64,000 nt of DNA from a virus. The position numbers and the translations under genes are program-made. Each line of letters begins with the position of its first letter. The first letter of the stretch is position 1. Location of the stretch: the IMG/VR virus record IMGVR_UViG_3300033052_000036, positions 5,671 through 69,670 of that record; one strand, 5' to 3'. This document shows positions 8,478 through 20,400 of this stretch, piece after piece. Below the pieces are notes generated by a model, which was given only the letters and a program-made list of their open reading frames with translations, was not told where the DNA came from and searched no databases.

Positions 8478-11400
8478 TCAGTCGCGGGTTTCGGACAGCT
8501 CCGCACGCACCGACTGCTTGAGGGCCTTCGGCGCCGTCATCGACGTGCGGCGCAGCGCATCCTGGCGCATCGACTTGACCCGGCGCAGCACTGCCGCCAT
8601 GTTCACGTTAATGCGGGTCTCCGGGTTCTTGCTGTTCCAGTCGTCGCGCCACGCGCGCGCCTCGGCCACCATTTCCGGCTTATTCGAGGCGATGCCTTGT
8701 GCCCAATGCTCGGCGATCTCCTGCGATCGCATGCGCGTCTGGGAGATCATATTGAGCGCTTGGCCCTTCGCATCCTGAATATCAGCGGTGCTATTCGGCT
8801 GGAAGCCCAGGATCTTCATCCCCGCCTCCGTCGCGCTCACATCGTTGACCTTATAGCCTCGGGCATCGAGATACGCGCCGGACGAGCCCATTTCCAGACC
8901 CTTCGCAGCATTGCGAATTGCCACCGGCGACATTTCCAGCGCGGCGCCGTCGATGTCGCCGCCCAGCGCTTTACCCGTCGCCTTGAATGCGCGAGTTGCC
9001 AGATCCCCGGCCGGGCCGGCCAATTCGCCAATATCGCGCGTATAGGATTCTTTCTTGGTCAGCAGGCCAGTTGCCGGAATCAGATTGCCCATGCCGAAGC
9101 GGCCGGACACATCAACCGGCATGCCCGGCAGGCTCGAAATACCCTTGAGCGCAAAATCGGCGCCGCCCTCTCCCAGCACTTCGGTGAGAAATTCTTGCTT
9201 CTCCCGTTTCGTGCTGAAGTTGTAGCCCAGGCGTTGCAAGATGCCGTCGATCAGGTCCTCAAGATCCTGCTCGAACGGCAGGCCATCGGCGCCGCCCATC
9301 AGGAACAGCACGGCGATCATGTACAGCGCCGCGCGCCGGCCGGCCGCGCGCTCGGGCGAGCCCGGTTCGCCGGCGTTGAGCATGCGGGTCAGCAGCTCGA
9401 CGTAGGCGATCGAATACTGCTTGAACGTCAGTGCCAGTCCGCCGATCGTGCTGCGCGCCCAGCGCGGCTTGTTGCCGCTGTTGTAGGTGCCCTGGGTCTG
9501 CGTCACCGCCTCTTGCGCGAAGCGCGCCGGATCCGCCATGCCCTGCTCGACGGCCGTGCGGTAGGCCGCGATGAACGTGACGCGACGGTTTGCCAGCTCG
9601 GCCATCGCGAACAGCTTGCCCCAGCCCAGCGAGACCTTGGCGATCGCGTTGTTCAGGGTCGCGCGCGCATCGCCCACCTTCGTGCCGTCGCCCGATTGCA
9701 GCGCGCCCTTGCCGGCGGCCTGGGCTTGCAGGTAGTGAACCTCCTGCGGCGCGACAATGCCTTCTTCCGTCGCCCACTTGAGTGCGGCATCGAGCGCGGC
9801 GTCGCCGGTCTGCTCCTTGCCGGCGTCGCGGATCGCGCCGGCCAAGCGCGCGCCGGCCTTGCCGATGCCACCCCACTGGCTCAGGAATGGCAGCGTCATC
9901 GTGAAAGGCTGCGTCATGTTGACCAGTGCCGAGGCCACCGAGCCACCGAGGAATTGCGCGAACATCAGGCCGCCGAGCATGTGCCCGCCGCCCTGCGGAT
10001 CGCGGATATGCGCGCGCAGCTCCATCGCCGCGTCGGTCAGCTCGCCCTCCTGCTTCGGGATTGCGGTGATCGCCTCATCGATCTTGCCCAGGTTGGCATT
10101 GCCGGCCGTGAGGCGAGCATTCGAGTAGATGAAGTTCGCCAGCACGCGGCCGGCGTCCTCGTTGAAGCCGGCGATGCCCTTGCGGTGGATCATGCGCTTC
10201 ATCGCACTGCGGTTGCTGCGCGCCAGTTTCAGGTAGGTCTGATACACCTCCGTCGATTTGGCGTCGGCCTGGGTGTCGAGGCCCACCATCGAGCCGAACA
10301 GCTCGATCGTTTCCGGGCTCACGCCGGCGAACAGCTTGTAGGCCTCGTCGGAGACCGTGCCTTGAAGGACTTGGGCGCCCGGGTGGCCTTCACGCATCTG
10401 GCGAGCCATGCGCGAGGCCTCGAATTGGGTCTCGAACATGCCGAAGTAGACTTGCTCCATTTCCCCGTCCTCGTTCGCCTGCTGCACGTAGACCGTATGC
10501 TTGCCGAAGCGCGACAGCGGCGCGTAGCCGCGGTCCATCAGATCTTGCGCGCGATCGGCCACATCCATGATGCGGCTGGCCGTATCGAGGTGCATGGTTT
10601 CCTTGTCCGGGTCGCTCTGGGCCAGTTCGATGAAGTGGTCGCGCAGCAGCTCGGCGCCGGCCATCAGCCCGCCGGCCTCGACGGCCTGCTCCAGCATGCC
10701 AGCCGAATCCTTGCCGCCCAGCTTGACCATTTCGCTCAGCGAGAGGTTGGTCAGGCTGGCGTCGGTGGCCGCGCGGAATTCGCGGTACATGGCGATCTGG
10801 GCGTCGCTCAGGTCGAACATGCTGCGCAGCTCGGCATTGGTCCACACCACGCCCGGCTTGAGCTGGGATTCGGTGAACCGGCGCTCGATCGTGGCGTCGT
10901 AGAAGTCCAGCGGGCTCGCGAGCCAAGCGATGTTCTGCTCGTCCGTGATGACGCCCTTCTGCAACAGGATCTCGGCCTTCTGCTCGATCGTCAGGCGCTC
11001 GGCTTCTTCTTCGAGCTGCTGGATCTTGACCGGGTTGCCGTGCGCATCGCGCGCCCAGATCAAGGTGCCCTCGAAGATCGGCGCCGCGATCGCCTTGGTG
11101 TCGGCGGCCGTCAGCGGCTTCTTGCGGTTCTTGCCGAGAATGTCCTTGATGCTGTCCAGGTGCGGGAGCAGGGTCGGCGCCTTGTCGGCGGCCAGCACGG
11201 CGTAGCGCGACACGTCGCCCAGGAACTTCTGGACGGCCTCGTACACCGGCGCGAACAGCGGCGCGCGGCGCGCAAGGTTGTCCATGGTGCCGATCGTCTT
11301 ATGCCACCAGCTCACTTTGCCCGACTGGTTGAACAGGTCGCCGACCATGTAGCCGGCCGGCAGGCGGACATTGGCCGCGCTGTTGGCGGCGCCGGCCAGG

Positions 11401-14400
11401 GCGCCGGCGATGCCGCCGACGGTGTACGCGCCTTCACGGCTACCGACGATGAGCGGACTGCCCGGGTCGAATCCGCCACCGTTGCCCGTCGCGCTCTTGA
11501 TCTGCTCGGGTTCGAGCGTGATCCATGCGGTCTGGTCGCGGAATTCGGTCGATCCGGTCTCGTCGTACTCGTCGTGCACGATCTTGATGCCGTCCTTACC
11601 CATGTCCTTGAGCCACTTCCGGTAGGCGTCCACCTCGGCCTGTCCCAGCTTGCGGCCGTCGTCCTCGCCGTTCGCCAGCAGGCGCGCGCGGCGCTGGAGC
11701 AGCCGGAACGTGGTCTCGTGCGGGTTCTGGATCGACAGGTAGACCGGGTAAATCACGGAGCCCTGGCCTCGGCCGGCGTACATTTGCGCGCCACCCTCGC
11801 CCGGGTTGGTGCTGAACCAGTTGCCCATGGTGTCGACCGAATGCGCGCGGAACTTGGTCGTGAACAGGCGATCGAACTGCTGGATGTCGCCCATGCCCGG
11901 CGCGCGCTCGCTGTCGCGAACGATCGAGCCGTGATAGACGATCAGTGGACGGCCTTGCTCGTCCGTGACCTTGGAATCCTTGAACCAGCGATAGAAAGCG
12001 AGCTGCTTCATAAAGTCGTCCGCGATCGTCTTGCCCTTGCTGTTCGTGATCGGCCGGCGCGCGCCGTCGATCTCGATGGTGCGGTCGGTTGCACGACGCT
12101 CCGCGCCACGGTAGGTCGAGCCACTTTCGCGCACATCATGGATGCGGTGCGCGCCGCGCAGGTAGTCGTTTTCCAATTCCGGCACGCCCAGCTCGCGCGC
12201 CGATTTACCGTCGGCCGAGACCACGTCCTTGAACACAGCTTGCTCGATCAGCGGCGCGAATTGCGTGGTATCCACGCCGTCCGGCAGAACGATGAAGCGT
12301 AGGCCGCCGCTACCAGTCTCGCGCGCCATGCGACGGACCAGCGCTTTGATCTTGAGGATGCCCAGCGGCGACATATCAGTGAGTGCGCCCATGGGCACAT
12401 CCACCAGCAGTTGCACCGAGCTTTTGCTATCGAGCATCACGAGGCTTGCGTGCCCCTGGGGGATCTGCAAGGCCTTGCCGATGCCCGCCACGCCGGCCGG
12501 ATCCGTGACGAGCGTATCGAGCAGCTTGTGCTCGCGCTCGGGCTGGTCGGTGAAGTCGACGCCGTTAAGCCATGGAGCACTGATCACGCCATAGGTGCCG
12601 GCCTGATCGATCGTCGCGTAGCGGTCGTGGTCGATGACGACGTGCGCGCGCAGGCCGGGGATGGCCTGGGAGAAGCGCACGGTCATGTCCTGATCCTCGA
12701 TCGACGGACTAGGATCGCCGCTCGGGTGGTTGTGCAGGATGTAGTAGCCGTCCGCGCCGAATCGCGCCATGTCTTGCTTCACACTGCCCTCCCAACCGCT
12801 CGGGATGGCCGCCGCCGACGGCAGGCGGGACGTGTAGCCGGCCTCGCCAACGATCTTGTCGCCCTTCATGTAGAAGATGCGGAAGGTCTCGAAACGCGGA
12901 TCACGGTAGACCTGGGCCAGTGCGGCCAGATCTCGCGGCGTAGCCGCTACTTGCCCGATGAGCTGGTTGGGCTTGCCGGCGACGAAGTTGGCGAGCAGTC
13001 GGCTACCAAGTACGGTGCCTCGCGCTCCAGAATTGCCGTCACCCCGTTCGCGTAGATGATGTGCCCCGACCCGTCGGGAAAGATCGTCGACCGCAGCACG
13101 GCCGGCTTCTCGCTGAGCCTCGTTGGTGCCGGGTCGGGATTGGACGTTTTCATACGGATCATTATATCCATAACCTTGCTCTGGCTGCATCACGTTTAGC
13201 GCAGGCGCCTGACGGCGGTAGGAGCCGTCGACGTTGCGCAGCGGGTTCACGCGCAGCGCGATCGAGCGCGCCGGCGTGGCCGGGCCTTCCGACAGCAGGC
13301 GAATGACTTCCTCCAGGCGCTTGTTCTTCGCCTCCAACTCGTCTTGTTGCGGGAACCCGCCACCCTTGCGAGCGCGCAGATCCGGCAGGATCTCGTGCGC
13401 ACGCGCGAGGCGACGCTTCATGTCCTCGGCGCGGTACTGGAACGAATCCGGGTTCATCACGCGGTCCAGATCCTCGACGGCCGAGCGCATCGCCGAGGTG
13501 CTGTAGTCCCACTTCTCGCGCCACTTCGTTTCGCCAGAGGCCATGGTGGTGCCGTCCGGGCGCAGGACCGCCAGCGAAGTCTGGTAGCCGCCGGAATCGA
13601 AACGCTCGAACGTGGCCGACAGCTTGAGCCCGCGGAACGTGCCCAGGTCGACCGTGACCGCCTCGCCCTTCTCCAGTCCAACCGACTTGTCCTTTGCCAG
13701 CTCGGCGATCTCGCGCGCGGCATCGGTGCGCGCGATGTACTCGGCGCCGTTCACGAACATCGAGAAGGTCTGTTCATCGCCCATGGCCGAGCTGACGGCG
13801 CCGAGCGCGCCATCGAGCGAGGTCAGGCGACGCTTGCCAACCGAGATCGAGATCTTGGCGCCCTCGTCCTCGCCACCCTGGGCCTTGTAGGCCTCGACCA
13901 CGGCTTTGCGTGCGGCCTCGCCGTCGGTGTAGGTGGTGCCTTCCACGGTGACGGTGCGGCCGAAGCGGGAGGCCTCCATTTCCTCGGCGCCGGCCACTGC
14001 GGCCGCGTGGTCCTCCTGGGCGGCGGCGATGCGCAGCGGCAGGCGTTCGATGTCGCGCTCGGCGTCCTCGATCTGGCTGGTGATGCCCCACTCACGGCGC
14101 GAGTGCTGACGCTTGAGCAGTTCCAGCTTGTCGATCTCGGACATCAACTGCACGCGCTCCAGCAGGAGCGGATCGCCCGATGCGAGCGCGGCCAGCTCGG
14201 CCATGCTGACGGAATCCTCGTCCTCGAAGTCCATGCTGAAAGCGCCGTCGTACTTGCGGATCGCGTTGATGGTCTTGAGCTTGGATGCGTTCAGGCTCCA
14301 CATCTTCGCGTCGATCGTGCGCTCGGTGGCGTAGGCCAGGATCTCGACCTCGAAGTTACCGATGCCGTACTTGTCCAGCAGCGAATTGCCCTGGCGGATA

Positions 14401-17400
14401 ATCCGGCCCTCGCGCTGCTCGATGTCCGACGGCTTCCACGTCACGTCGGCGTGATGCAGGGCCACGAGGCGCTTCTGCACGTTGGTGCCAGCGCCCATGC
14501 GCGGGGTCGAGCCGATCAGCACGCGCACGGTGCCATCGTTGACGGCATCGAACAGCGCTTTCTTCTGGGCGTCGTTCTGCGCCTCCTGCACGAACCGGAT
14601 CTCGTCGGCGGGAATGCCGCGCGCGATCAAGTTGTCCTTGATCTGCTGGTAGGCATTCCAGCCGCCGGCCTGGGCGTTGCGCAGTTCCTCCATTTCGTTC
14701 GGATCGAAGCGCTCCATCTTCTCGCTGACACGGCGCAGCTCGGCCTCGTCGTCCTCGACCACTGCCTTACGCTGGGCCGCGAGCAGGGCGTCGTATTCCT
14801 TGAGGATCGCGTCGTCGCCCTTGCTCTTGGGGACGGAGCGATCGAGGAAAATGAGCTGGGTGCCGCGATCGGCTTCCCACTTGTCATAGACCCGCTTGAC
14901 GTTGTCGGCGATGACATCGAGCTTGCCGCCCTTCTCGTCGCTCGGGCTCGATGGCTCGGCCGCGCGCACGTCGAGCGAGACCTTGCGGGCGCGGTCCATC
15001 AGGCGCAGTCGCGCCTTGTTCCGGTCGTAGGGATCCTTGATCTCGGGCAGGCCATCGAAGCCTTGCAGCACGTCCTCCAGCAGCGCGACTTGCGCCTTCG
15101 TCGGCTGGATCACGACGGACTGGCGATCGCCGCCCTTCACGCGCGGCAGCGGGAACTCGGCGCCGTCGTTGTCCTCGGCATAGGCCTTCTTGATGTCGTC
15201 GTTGTCGACCACGTCGGTGAAGCTGTAGTAGAGGTCCATCAGCGAGCGCATGTTCGACCACGTCCGGCCCAGGCGGTTCACTTCCTTGAGGCGGCCGGTC
15301 TCGTTCGGCTCCCAGCCGGCGTCGGTGCTGACGTACTGCGCGCGCCATGCGTCGAAGTGCTCCAGGCCCAGCTCGGCCAGTTCGCCGGCGGCCAGGAAGC
15401 GCATCATGTTGTACATTTCGACCGCGCTGTTCGAGATCGGCGTGCCGGTCATAAACGTGACCGTGCCCGTCGGGGTCTCGCGCAGCACGCGCACCTTGTT
15501 ATACAGGTCGAAGGCCTTTTGCGAGCCGGTTTTGTTGCCCATGCCCTTCACGCCGGTGAGGCGCGAGCTGTAAAAGAGGTTCTTAAATTCGTGGGCCTCG
15601 TCTACGGTGAGATCGTCAATGCCCATCTGCTCGAACGTGAGCAAGCGGTCCTTGTTCTTGTCGCCTTGAACCTTCTCCATGCGCGCGGTGATGCGGTCGA
15701 CCAGACGCTCGGCCTCTTTCACGCCGAACGGCTTGCGGAAGCCTCCGCCCTCGCCGTTGGCCTCCGCTTCTTCCTGGGCGTCGATCACGGCCTGCTGCGC
15801 GGCGTCCAGTTCGATTTGCAGGTAGCGTTCTTCGGTCTCGGGCGCGATGCCGATGAAGCCGAAAGACGAATGCGGGATGATCACGATGTCGAAGTCGCCG
15901 GTGGCGATCTTGGCGAACAGCTTGCGGCGGCGTTTCTTCTCGAAGTCCGCTTTGCCGGCGGCCAGGACTTTCGCGCCCGGATACAGGCGGTACACGTCGG
16001 CCGCGAATTGTTCGACCATATGATTCGGGACGATCACGGCCGGCTTCTTCGACAGGCCCATGCGGCGGCGCTCCATGGCGCGCGCGATCGCGGTGAAGGT
16101 CTTGCCGGCGCCGACGGTGTGATCGATCAGCATGAAGCGCTCGGCGATGCCGCGCCAGATCGCATTCTTCTGGTGGCGACGCATGCTGATCACGGCGTCC
16201 GGCACTTTGCCCGGGAGGGTCAGGTGCGAGCCGTCGTGCTGGCGGGCGACGCGGGTATTGAATTTCTCGTTGAACAGGTCGACCAGCTTCTTACGGCGCT
16301 CGCCGTCCTTGAATACCCAATCGTTCCATTCGTTCCTGATCGCCTTGGCCTTGAGCAGAGCCAGGGCGGTGCGCTCGGCATCGACGTGGGTTTTCCCGTC
16401 CATGTCGCGGTACGTCACCTTGATCTGGGCGCTATTGAGCATGTCCGAGACCAGTTCGGCCGGCGAATAGCCGTCCGAGCCCCATTCCTCCATCTTCTCG
16501 CGCGTGGTCGGGCCGGCGTTGACGCTGAACGAGTTGGTCAGGGCCGAGAAGGCCACGCGCGCCGGCGAGCCAGTGACGTGCTCGACAAAGTCGGCGTACA
16601 CGGTCGGCGGGATCCAGGCCGAGCCCAGCAGGGCGGTGACGGCATCGGCGCCCCACGGTTCCGGCTGCACTTCTTCCAGGGCGGCGACGTTCTTGGGCAT
16701 GCGCGCAGCGCGGGCGGCGTTCAGCTTGCGCTTGACCTGTCCGGTCAGGTAGTTGCTGCGGGTCTCCCACTGGCCGGTTTCCGGGTCCTTGAACAGCAGC
16801 GGGCGCTCGTCGGCCTCGATCTCCTGCTCGATGTCCGCCATCGACTTGCCCAGCAGCGAAGCGATGCGCTCCAGATCCACGCGGCCGATCTCGGCCATGT
16901 TGATCGCGATCGCGTCGGCCATCGAGCCGGCCGAGGTCGGCGCCTCGTAAGGGACGATGACGCGGCCGGACAGGATCGGGGCAGGCTGGGCCGATGCCGG
17001 GCGCACCTTCTCCTTGCTGCGGGCGGCCTTGGCCGGGGTGATCGCCGGGCGGTAGCCGAATTCGAGCGCTTGCACGAGCGCGCCGTCCGGCATGCCCGAC
17101 ACGAGCGACGAGTTGGCCGGTTCCGAGATATAGCCGTGCGCCATCACAAAGGCGCCGTAGGCGCCGGCCAGAAGCGATCGGTTATCCTCGATCGCCGAGT
17201 CCGCGGCGTTCTCGCTTTCCAGTACCAACTGCTCCTTGAGGTGGTCGCGGAGCTTCACGAGCTTGGTCAGGCGCTCGTGGCGGCCGGCGCCCAGCAGCAT
17301 CGTTGCCGGGATGTCGGCCTCGTTCTCGAACACCTTGCGCTCGTACACGTTCAGCTTCGTGGGCTTGTCGCCCTTCATCTGCTTGACCGGGTTGCCCTTC

Positions 17401-20400
17401 TCGTCCAGCTTGACCTCGACGGTGTACCACTTGCCGTCGGCGCCCAGGTAGAGCGAGTCGGACCATGGCGAGGTCGGGGTCAGGGTGCGCTTGGTCAGCT
17501 CGTAGCCGCCTTCCGGGGTCTCGCGCTCGATGACCTGCTCCAGCACGTCGCCGGCTTCAAGGCGGATCGCGCCGTTCTCGTGGCCGGCCAGGGCGATGCG
17601 CAGGGAATTGCTCATGTCCTCGAAGCGGGCCTTCGAGCGATCGATCCATACCTGATCCTGGGGCGTGCCCTCGGGGAGCGTGGCGATCGCGGCCGCGAGG
17701 CGCGCGGCAAGGTTCTCGCCCTTGTCCAGTCGCACGGTGATGTCGTTCCCGTGCTTCATCGAGCCCGAGCGCTCCAGCACGCCCATGATCATTTCCGGGT
17801 GCGCGCGGAAGTAGGTGTTGACCGTCATCGGGTCGCCGCCCAGCGGATCCGGCACAGTGGTGGTTTTCACCCAATCCGGCACGAGCGCGGCGAGGCGCTG
17901 ACGCTCGAATTCCTTCTCGCGGTCCTTGAGCGGCTTGGTGCGCGCGGCCTCAAATGCCGCTTCCATTTCCTGTTCTTCGAGCGCGGAGCGGCGCTTGAGG
18001 AAAAGAATGTCGGTGACGACTTCGGTACGTGCGTTCTCCTTGAAAGCGGTGTCCGGCAGGCGGATCGCGCCGATCAGCTCAGCCTTCTTCGCCAGCATCG
18101 CGCGCGAGCTGGTGTCGACCTTGTCCATCAGGTAGCGGGAAACGACTTGGATCTGCAAACCGCCGGCGCGCAGCGCGTCGAGGGAGGCCAGGAAGAACTG
18201 GTTGTGGATCGAGTGGCCGTTCAGCTCGGGCTTGAACTGGAAGCGCAGCGATTGCTCGCCGAAGGGCGGGTTGCCGATAGCCAGGTCAAACGCGCCGTCC
18301 GGCAGCGGGACCTTCTGGAAACCACTGTGCAGCACGGTCTCCTGCGGGTAGAGCAGGGCGGCGATGCGCGCGGTCAGGCTGTCGTACTCGACGCCGATGA
18401 ACTTGGTATTGCCTTGCAGGTCGAACGGGATCAGGCCCAGGAAGTTGCCGGCGCCCATGGACGATTCCAGCGCGAGACCGCCACGGAAGCCCAGGCGGCG
18501 CGCGGCGTCCCACATGCCGCTGACGATGGTTTGCGAGGTGTAGTGCGAGTCGAGCGTCGATCGACGGGCGAGCGCGTATTCCTTCGGGGTCAGCAGGTCG
18601 CGCAGCTCGGCGCCGCGCTTGGCCCATGCGTCCTTGAACTGGCCGGTCTCCGGGCTCGGGAAGGCGCTGGCGAGGCCGCCCCAGCCCACATAGCGGGCCA
18701 TGGTGGCTTGTTCTTCGGCGGTCGCGCGGCGGTTGGCCGCCTCGACTGCCTTCATGGTGCGGATCGCGGCAAGGTTGTCGTTGAACTTCTCGACCTCGCC
18801 GCCTTGGCCGAGGCGCACGTCCTCGGTGATGCGGAAGTTGACGGCCGGGATCGCCGGCGCGGCCGGGACCGCTACTCGTGCCCCCGCATCCTCTCCTGAT
18901 ACTCGGCTTCCATTTCGGCCAGCTCGGCCTCCTGCTCGTCGTCCTCGTCCGGTGGTTCCGGCGTCAGCAGGATGTGCGCCTTCAACGCCACTTCCAGCGC
19001 TTCGTGCTCCCGATACCCGTGATGCGTCACCAGATCCGAGATCTGCGCGATCGCCAGCGCGGCCGCCGCCTGCGTCGCCTCGGTCAGCTCGCCCGCCGCT
19101 TTCAGCTCCGCCGTCTTGGCCGGTAGCCACTTCTCCCAATGCGCGCGCGCCTGCGCCGCGAGTGTTGCCTTGTCCATTGTTGTCTTTCGTGCTTGCGTTC
19201 GTGTCAAGTTTAGCGGAATTCTCCGGGCGTGCAACGCCCACGGCATCCATGATTTTGCCGGCGAGTTCCTGGGCGCTCAGCGTCGGCTCCAGCCAGAGGT
19301 TTTCACTGCCGCCGTAGGGGTCGCCCAGGCCGGTTGTGCGCATCATCAGCGTGATTCCGGCCGGCGACGCGGCGCGGCGCGTGCCTTCGGCGCCGATCTT
19401 GACGTAGATCCCGCGCCCGGCGGCCGGGCTCGACATCATCAGCGAGACATCGCCCGACACGCCCGGGCCGGCCGGGTTCGCGCTGACTGCCTTCTTGAGC
19501 TGCTTGCCGGCGCGGTCGCGCGCGGTCTCGAAGCCGGCTTCTTCCAGCGTGGCGGCCACTGCCTTGAGATACTTCTGCACGTCCTTGAGGAATGCGTCTT
19601 TCACGCCGCCCTCGATGTCGTCGCCCGGGTTGCCCGGGAATTCGGTGGTCTGGGCGTAGCCGTCGATCGCGTCGACGCCGTAATCGAGGCGCAGGGTCGG
19701 ATTGGCCGGCGCCTTGGCCTTCTTCGGCGCCGGCGCGGCCTCGGCCGGCTTCGGGTTGGCGGCCGCTTGCGCATCCTGGTCCTTCCAGTAGGCGGCGATC
19801 TTGCCCCGGAACTCCCGGCCCATGTTCTCCCACGTCGAAAACTTGGCCTGCGCGGCCTCGTCCTGATTCACGCCGGTGCCGGCGCGGTAGAGCACGCTTT
19901 CGCGCTCGTTGAACGGCATCGCCGTCCAGCGTTCGCCGGCGGCCTCGTCGGCGAGCTGCTCGGCGGTCTTTTCCGGCGCGGCCGGCATCCAGGCGCGGTT
20001 GACGCGCTGGCCCTTGGTGTTGGTGTACCACGCGCCCGTGAAATGGTCCTCGTTGAGCGCGGCGTGCATGAGGCGGCGCTCGTCGGGCGTCATTTCCTCC
20101 CAGGCCTTCCCGACGATCGGATCGTCGCTGGCGCGCTGGACGCGGCCCATGATGGCGCGCTTGAAGCCCGCGCTCGACCGCTTCCATTCTTCGGCCGCTT
20201 CCTTGGCGGTGTAGGTCTTGAGGTCGCCGGCCGGGATCCACGCGGCGCGCTCGCGCTGCGGCGCAAGCGGATCGTTGGCGTCGGCTTCCTGCTTCGCAAA
20301 GAGCTGGGCGGCCTCGCGCACGTTGTCGCGCGCCCAGGTGGCCCGGGCCTTGATGTTGGCCGGCTTGCCGTCTTTCAGGCGGAACGAACCCATGGAATCG

